Shown here in pieces: positions 58,265 through 64,000 of a stretch of 64,000 bases of DNA (positions within the stretch are counted from its first letter, which is position 1; every line of letters begins with the position of its first letter). Both the position numbers and the translations under genes were made by a program. Location of the stretch: positions 1-64,000 of the IMG/VR virus record IMGVR_UViG_3300044731_000789, one strand, 5' to 3'. The notes under the pieces were generated by a model that worked only from the letters and a program-made list of their open reading frames with translations, did not search any database and was not told the origin of the DNA. The stretch comes from a virus.

Positions 58265-59350
58265 ATGACACCAATTCTACAAAATTATTATATCGATTAT
58301 GAAAATGGAATTTTAAAAGATAATATCAAGATCAAACAAGAAACTGTTGCAGGTAAGGTATTCAATATTGTTTCATATATCTACAACAATAATGATACAT
58401 TTAATGATCCATTATTATTAGAAAGTCGTGGTATAACATTTGATGAAGATGGCAAAATCGTGTCTCGACCATTCGAGAAATTTTTTAACCTTGATGGTTC
58501 CCAATGGACTCTTTCCAAAGATTTGGATTTCACTGATGCAGAATTTTATTTAAAAGTAGATGGTTCAATGATTACATTTGTTCCAATTGATGGGCAAATA
58601 TATGCAAAAACGAAAAAATCATTTTTTTCAGATGTTGCAATCTCTTGCCAGAATGATTTTGGGAATAATCCAGAGTTAATCAACTTGGTAACATCATATC
58701 CAATGATAACATTTATTTTTGAATATACTACACGAAAATATCCGATTGTAATTGATTATGGCTCAAAACCACAGTTAACATTATTGGCAGCAAGATTTAA
58801 TGGTGATGGTGAATATCTATATAGAGAACTATTGGGCCTTATGGCAACTTCCTGTTCATTAAACATTGTCAAAAAATATGACAATCTAACCATCTTTGAT
58901 GCTATTAATGAAACCCATAATGAAGACAGTGATATCGAAGGGTTTGTGGCAGTATTGAAAACTGGGCAACGAGTTAAACTCAAATGCGACCCATATTTGG
59001 CAAAACATCGAGTATTGGATGAATTCAATGCAAAAAACTTGGCAACACTGATTGCAAAAGATTTACATGATGATTTGAAACCAGTTCTGTCTCCAGAACG
59101 CAAGAACATTCTTGAAAATTTGGAGAAAATAATTTTAAAAGAGCTTGAAATTTATTCACAAGTTGTTTACAATTTGGTTTCAGAATGGGAAGGAAAAAGT
59201 TTGCGGGAGATTGGCACCAATTATGGTAAACATCCACAATTTAATCCAGCAATCAACATTTTTAAACAATTGGGGGATAATGATGATATAATTGTTCAAC
59301 ATTATCTTAAACACAGGGTTGAAAATTTTTCTACAAAACCTCTTTGGTAA
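58265..59350 (+). CDS. rnlA: RNA ligase 1 (RnlA-like)
   Basis: ESRGI.F, RPFEKFFN, motif I KVDGS, T.IFEY, EGFV, VKLK...Y. Confidence 0.88.
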   Translation: MTPILQNYYIDYENGILKDNIKIKQETVAGKVFNIVSYIYNNNDTFNDPLLLESRGITFDEDGKIVSRPFEKFFNLDGSQWTLSKDLDFTDAEFYLKVDGSMITFVPIDGQIYAKTKKSFFSDVAISCQNDFGNNPELINLVTSYPMITFIFEYTTRKYPIVIDYGSKPQLTLLAARFNGDGEYLYRELLGLMATSCSLNIVKKYDNLTIFDAINETHNEDSDIEGFVAVLKTGQRVKLKCDPYLAKHRVLDEFNAKNLATLIAKDLHDDLKPVLSPERKNILENLEKIILKELEIYSQVVYNLVSEWEGKSLREIGTNYGKHPQFNPAINIFKQLGDNDDIIVQHYLKHRVENFSTKPLW

Positions 59351-59354
59351 AATT

Positions 59355-60119
59355 ATGATAATCATTGGATCGACAGCATTAAAACATTTTGGTTTAAACA
59401 GACAAGAACCAAAAGATTTGGATATATTCATTTCAATTGGTGATAAAATTCCAGAAGAAAAATGTGATTATCATATTATTTCTAAAGATTTATATGCTAT
59501 GTTTAAATATGTAGAATCCAATGGATTACATTATGTTATACCAGATCATATTTACACATTAAAATGTTCACATTTCGCCTGGAACCAACATTGGGAAAAA
59601 ACTTTACAAGATATTTTATGGTTAAACCATAAAGGGTGTAAAATTGTTCCCGAATTGTATACAAAATTAAAACAATTTTGGGAAACAGTTCATGGTAGCA
59701 AAGATTTTTTATGTTTGGATAAAACAAAGAAAGATTTCTTTACAGATGGTGTAAAATACAAATATGATCACGATTGGTTGCATGAATTGGTTGCATATCC
59801 AAATCCACCAGTTTATACAAAATGTTTACGTCCTGGTGCAGATGTAATGATTAGTAAAAAATCATTTGACAAATTAACAAATGATGATAAAATACGCATG
59901 TTTCGGGAAGAAATAACTGTTATAGCAATTGAGCGATGGTTGGTTCAAGATGGTAACAAATTATCTTGGCTAAGAGCTTATCAATATGCATTGAAAAAAA
60001 CTATAACAAATTTAACCAAGAATTGGGCAAATGATTTTTTGATAATGAATTTAAAAGAATTTTGTAAGCCTGATTACCAGTATTTTAATCATGCATTGGC
60101 AACATTGGAGTTAATATGA
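59355..60119 (+). CDS. Nucleotidyltransferase-like phage protein
   Basis: IIGS.AL......PKDLD motif; YTLK.SH, YDHD.LH, REE..V.A.ER. Confidence 0.65.
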   Translation: MIIIGSTALKHFGLNRQEPKDLDIFISIGDKIPEEKCDYHIISKDLYAMFKYVESNGLHYVIPDHIYTLKCSHFAWNQHWEKTLQDILWLNHKGCKIVPELYTKLKQFWETVHGSKDFLCLDKTKKDFFTDGVKYKYDHDWLHELVAYPNPPVYTKCLRPGADVMISKKSFDKLTNDDKIRMFREEITVIAIERWLVQDGNKLSWLRAYQYALKKTITNLTKNWANDFLIMNLKEFCKPDYQYFNHALATLELI

Positions 60120-60433
60120 ATAAAATTGAAACAAAAGATCAATTATTTGATTTAATTTTTAAAACCATTGAGGAAAGACGATTGGTTTATGTATCTTTAC
60201 ACAGTGTATTAGTAATGATTCTACAAGGGTATGGGCATAGATATTTTTCTGATTATGAATTAATAAGCTCGAATATACCAGATAATAATGGTAACTTTAA
60301 GAGTATATTTAGAATATCCGACACCTATTTTTCAGGACTCCTGGAAGATTGTTCATATGGAATTCAATCATGTTTAATAGAATCAATAAAAGTAGTAACC
60401 ACTGTAACAAAAAACGTAACAACATACGAATAA
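60116..60433 (+). CDS. Hypothetical protein
   Basis: GGAG RBS; C-terminus similar to that of the next gene. Confidence 0.55.
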   Translation: MNKIETKDQLFDLIFKTIEERRLVYVSLHSVLVMILQGYGHRYFSDYELISSNIPDNNGNFKSIFRISDTYFSGLLEDCSYGIQSCLIESIKVVTTVTKNVTTYE

Positions 60434-60448
60434 CAATTGGAGAAAATT

Positions 60449-60793
60449 ATGAGTGATATTTTAACAACTTTGAAACAATTTCTGGATGAAGATTCTAATA
60501 TTGAGGGGCTGGTATATGATATGTCTACAGGATATATTGCCAACACATATGGTCCAGATTATGTAACCAAAGAAGTTGCAGAAAAAGTGTTGCAACATGA
60601 ATACCAATGGATTGAAGGGGAATTGGGTGGAGAAGGTTCTGGCGAATATTGTTATGGAGTTTTCAAATTTGATGGAAAATTTTATAAAACAGAATGGTCA
60701 TATTATTCATATGAAGGATGCAATTGGGATGATATTGAACACACATTGAAAGAAGTTAAACCAGTTGAAAAATTGGTTACTGTTTACGAGTAG
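60449..60793 (+). CDS. Conserved phage hypothetical protein
   Basis: GGEG.GE....VFK...FY....Y.S..G......EVKPVEK.VTVYE. Confidence 0.7.
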   Translation: MSDILTTLKQFLDEDSNIEGLVYDMSTGYIANTYGPDYVTKEVAEKVLQHEYQWIEGELGGEGSGEYCYGVFKFDGKFYKTEWSYYSYEGCNWDDIEHTLKEVKPVEKLVTVYE

Positions 60794-61087
60794 GTGTAAT
60801 ATATGATATTTTCAGAAGATTTTAAACCAAATGCTATTTGTATAAATTAGGAATAATAATGTATCCACTAGATTTGTTAGAAAGATTGGATCAATATTGT
60901 GAAGATGGTGCAACTATTACAATGTTCAAACAATATGATGTCACAACATGGATTGTAGATTTAACTAAAACTCAACCAGATATTGTGTTAATAAAACATA
61001 TATCTGGTGCACCTCGTTGGAGCCTTTTAGGATTACATGATCGTGAAGTACATTTGGTTAAAAACAAATTGATGGAGTATTTTTGAC

Positions 61088-61399
61088 TTATATTGTCAAA
61101 TTTCCTAATAATTTTAACTCATCCAAAGTGGCATTAGATTTCATTCTATTTGCTTTCCAAGAAATGACCCAAATATTGTCGGCAATATAGCCGCGATTTG
61201 GGTCAATCCTATCTACAGAAAAACTGTTATCCATTGCCTTGCCCCTATTATATACCAATGGTATAGAAAAAATGGGGCACGTAAGAGGCAACTCTAAATG
61301 TATAATATCTGATAAAGTTAATTGAAAATCTATGTCCCGTTTACGGGCAGATTGTTTCAATCGATTGTATATAATTTTTGGATCAGGTAAATATTGCAT
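61088..61399 (-). CDS. Small HNH-like endonuclease
   Basis: CP...IPL...SVDRID..RGY..DN..VIS..AN.MK. Confidence 0.75.
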   Translation of the reverse strand: MQYLPDPKIIYNRLKQSARKRDIDFQLTLSDIIHLELPLTCPIFSIPLVYNRGKAMDNSFSVDRIDPNRGYIADNIWVISWKANRMKSNATLDELKLLGNLTI

Positions 61400-61406
61400 A
61401 AAGTTG

Positions 61407-61434
61407 TTGACATGTTTGGTTAATTCTGTATAAT
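61407..61434 (+). promoter_or_regulatory. Sigma70-type early promoter
   Basis: TTGACA-16-TATAAT, followed by a GGGAG RBS. Confidence 0.75.
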
Positions 61435-61461
61435 ACTTATCAACAAATCGGGAGACAAAAA

Positions 61462-61863
61462 ATGAGTCAAGATACCCAAAATATTACTGCAGAAGTAATC
61501 ATTTCTAGGACATCGAATGACATAATTCGAATGACTATAAAGGATGATGCATCAAGGGAACAATTTGTTGAAGTTAACTTCACATATGAACAATTTGCAA
61601 AATGTATAACCAATCTTCATCAAACAGATATTCCATGTATCGTTAAAGGATTGGACAAAGTTGGCAAGAAAAAAAGTGTTGAATCCAGACATGTAATATA
61701 TCCTGGGTCATTTTATGACACAAAAGAAAAAATGTCCCAATGGTTGCTTGACAATTGTCAAGAAGAGGGTTATTATATTAGCACATATCTTGGATCAAAG
61801 GGTAGTGTAACTACACAAGAAGATCAAACATGGCTTAATTATACGGTAAACAAATATGAATAA
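61462..61863 (+). CDS. Hypothetical protein
   Basis: Promoter and RBS present. Confidence 0.65.
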   Translation: MSQDTQNITAEVIISRTSNDIIRMTIKDDASREQFVEVNFTYEQFAKCITNLHQTDIPCIVKGLDKVGKKKSVESRHVIYPGSFYDTKEKMSQWLLDNCQEEGYYISTYLGSKGSVTTQEDQTWLNYTVNKYE

Positions 61864-62278
61864 AATTATTGAAAAATCGATTGCAGAAAATATTCAAAGT
61901 ATTGGACCATGTTGGGATTTAGAATCATTTACTAATGATTTGTATGACAATGAATACTTCGATAGTTGTAGTGCCGCATATAGTTTATTTTCTGCAAGGA
62001 TTCAACAACTTCCACTTAATACATGGATGTGTACAGACACAATGGTTGGATTGTATGCATACTTTTTTGATGGTGAATTTGTTGCAATATCTTGGCAACC
62101 ATATAGAAAAAGCCAAACTTCTATATTTTGGGAAACCCCAGAACATGCACACAAAGTTAAACAATTTATTGACACTCTTCGTCATATAAAGGACTATAAT
62201 ACACCACCAATGTTGATATCAAATATTGAGGATGATGTTGACGCATGTTTAACTCGATTATTAAATTGGAAAAATTAG
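61856..62278 (+). CDS. Conserved phage hypothetical protein
   Basis: W.CTDT.VG...YF.D.E.VA...Q..RK. Confidence 0.65.
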   Translation: MNKIIEKSIAENIQSIGPCWDLESFTNDLYDNEYFDSCSAAYSLFSARIQQLPLNTWMCTDTMVGLYAYFFDGEFVAISWQPYRKSQTSIFWETPEHAHKVKQFIDTLRHIKDYNTPPMLISNIEDDVDACLTRLLNWKN

Positions 62279-62797
62279 GGGACAAATCATGGTAAAATAT
62301 CAAAAACGTAAACAAAATGAAAATTGGATGACAGTTCAACAATCTCAAAACCATTCTTCAACCATCATTTCCAGTGTACTGGACAGTTTGGAGCGATCTT
62401 ATAGAGATTGTCAAGTTCGTGCAATTGATGATAAAAACAACCTATTGGAACAAAGATAATGCAAATACCTTTACAGTTATTTCATGATGACATGCAAAAG
62501 GCATTAAGGGGTTTCGAAGAACAATGGAAAGATAAAAACAAGTCTGATCCAGAATCCTATCCAATGGATTTGGATGATTCATTGTGGGACGAAATGTTTT
62601 TAATTTATTATACAACTGGGCAAATATGAAAAAGTCATATTATGTAATTACAGCATTTATTATTTGGTTATGTGTATTAGTATTATCAGTATATAAAATT
62701 GCGGAAAAATTTCCGCAATTAGATAATAATTTCTTGTTTGGATTTATATATGGATATGTGGTAACAAAAGTATTCTTTTATACCTTGGATAAAATAT

Positions 62798-63253
62798 ATG
62801 AATAAAATTTCTGTTTGGCTAGACCTTGAAGAAACATTAATAAAAAGTTGGCATGACCATATGCTTATTAACGATTTCTTCAAGGTCAAAAAATATGTAG
62901 AATCCTTGCAAGCAAATAAGGTAAACATTTTTTCATATGCAATATGGACAAATGAAGACAAATATGAATTTGAAAATGATTTAAAACCATGGTTAGAAGA
63001 TCATTTGGGATTTTTTATTGAAAAAAATCCAAGTGTTGCAGATATGGTTAATGCAACAAAACAATTTCAAGGAATTATTTACTTAGATCACATTGATTTT
63101 ATCAATTTGGTTCCAAAATGGTTGGGGTTTTATTATTATATTTCAAACTTGCAATCCAACAATACAACATATTATTTAATTGATGATTGTGTGCCAAATA
63201 TGGTAATTAATTCCAACAATACTATTCAATTTGTTAATGTAAAAGACTTATAA
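62798..63253 (+). CDS. HAD-superfamily-like protein
   Basis: VWLDLEETL (motif I-like) and LIDD (motif IV). Confidence 0.55.
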   Translation: MNKISVWLDLEETLIKSWHDHMLINDFFKVKKYVESLQANKVNIFSYAIWTNEDKYEFENDLKPWLEDHLGFFIEKNPSVADMVNATKQFQGIIYLDHIDFINLVPKWLGFYYYISNLQSNNTTYYLIDDCVPNMVINSNNTIQFVNVKDL

Positions 63254-63305
63254 ATTTTGCCACATATGATATAAATAGTTATTTTAATAATAACTGGATA
63301 TCATT

Positions 63306-63584
63306 ATGTGGCAAAATATTTTAAATTCCGTAAAAACATTCATTTCAGCATTCTTTAAATCAGCATGGCAAAAAGAATTAAACATTTTGATGCCAATTGC
63401 GTTAGAAGTTGTTACATATGTGGAACATAACTATTCAGAGTTATTTGATCCTAGTAAACGCGATGCAGCATTTAAAATTATATTATCTAAACTTGATGAT
63501 GCACATAGAGAAATACCAAAATCTCTAATTAATTTAGCAATCGAATTGGCATGTCAGGAAATGATTGCATTGTCTCGCAATTAA
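63306..63584 (+). CDS. Late small protein, possibly holin-like
   Basis: Late promoter TATAAATA at 63270 inside an RBS-masking hairpin; amphipathic N-terminus; KR..A...IN.AIE.A pattern. Confidence 0.45.
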   Translation: MWQNILNSVKTFISAFFKSAWQKELNILMPIALEVVTYVEHNYSELFDPSKRDAAFKIILSKLDDAHREIPKSLINLAIELACQEMIALSRN

Positions 63585-63585
63585 A

Positions 63586-63999
63586 TCATTCTACCTTTGT
63601 ACATATCCACCCCTTATGGTTTTCCATGGTCCCTTTGTTTACATGTAACATACACCCGTAGGATAATCCATAAGTCTTACAAAATTTAGATAAATTTCTT
63701 TGGAAAATAACTTCACCCTCTGGTGAAGTTATTTTCCAATTGTTTGAATTTATATCTGATGCCCTAGTTATAACACCCAGATACCAACCGTCCCCAGGAC
63801 ATTCCTTTTGAAATTTGCATATTGATCCATCTGTCCACCATTTACTATTTCTATTGTGTGATCTATTTCCCTTAGCTATTTCTGATTGTTTTCGTCTTGC
63901 TTCCATGGTATGCTTTTTTCCATACATGCTATTATTAACTCCAAACCTATTAATATCCCTATATACAAATACTTTATCAATATTAGTAACTGCTTGGTT
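63586..63999 (-). CDS. 3' part of a NUMOD3-type homing endonuclease (runs off the window end)
   Basis: Frame open to the window end; NSMYGKKHT.EAR.K; C-terminal domain similar to that of 39841-40731. Confidence 0.75.
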   Translation of the reverse strand, partial: NQAVTNIDKVFVYRDINRFGVNNSMYGKKHTMEARRKQSEIAKGNRSHNRNSKWWTDGSICKFQKECPGDGWYLGVITRASDINSNNWKITSPEGEVIFQRNLSKFCKTYGLSYGCMLHVNKGTMENHKGWICTKVE

Positions 64000-64000
64000 C

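Noticed and set aside
1-64000. CRISPR array, rRNA, integrase, stop-codon recoding, diversity-generating retroelement
   Set aside because: No spaced repeat array, reverse transcriptase or integrase seen by eye; core genes are uninterrupted in the standard code

Overview
A 64-kb AT-rich segment of a large lytic T4-like myovirus (standard genetic code) with the gene order of environmental T4-like phages: head genes (gp67-like, gp21, gp22, gp23), two expanded gp3-like genes, uvsY, uvsW, gp55, gp47, gp46, dsbA, gp45, gp44, gp62, regA, hsp20, gp43, uvsX, gp41, gp33, a late virion cluster, gp61, thyX, nrdB, nrdA and a long accessory region. No photosynthesis genes are present; an RpoH-like sigma factor, Hsp20 and a Bfd ferredoxin suggest a proteobacterial host (inference). 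The top finding is a transposase-less, catalytically intact TnpB (31710-32864) behind a late-promoter-like box, with its own omega-RNA plus a second stand-alone omega-RNA scaffold about 29 kb away between gp22 and gp23. The two scaffolds are 85/100 nt identical with compensatory base-pair changes, and the predicted guide of the second is the gp23 late promoter. Other highlights: nrdA fractured by a split intein flanking a MobE-like HNH gene; a gp43 with His at the steric gate; duplicated gp3 fused to repeat/LamG arms; an unannotated Bfd between gp44 and gp62; atypical tRNA-like RNAs with an RNA-repair/ribosome-rescue toolkit; and recurring late-promoter hairpin translational locks. All family calls come from motif recognition by eye; no database search was run.
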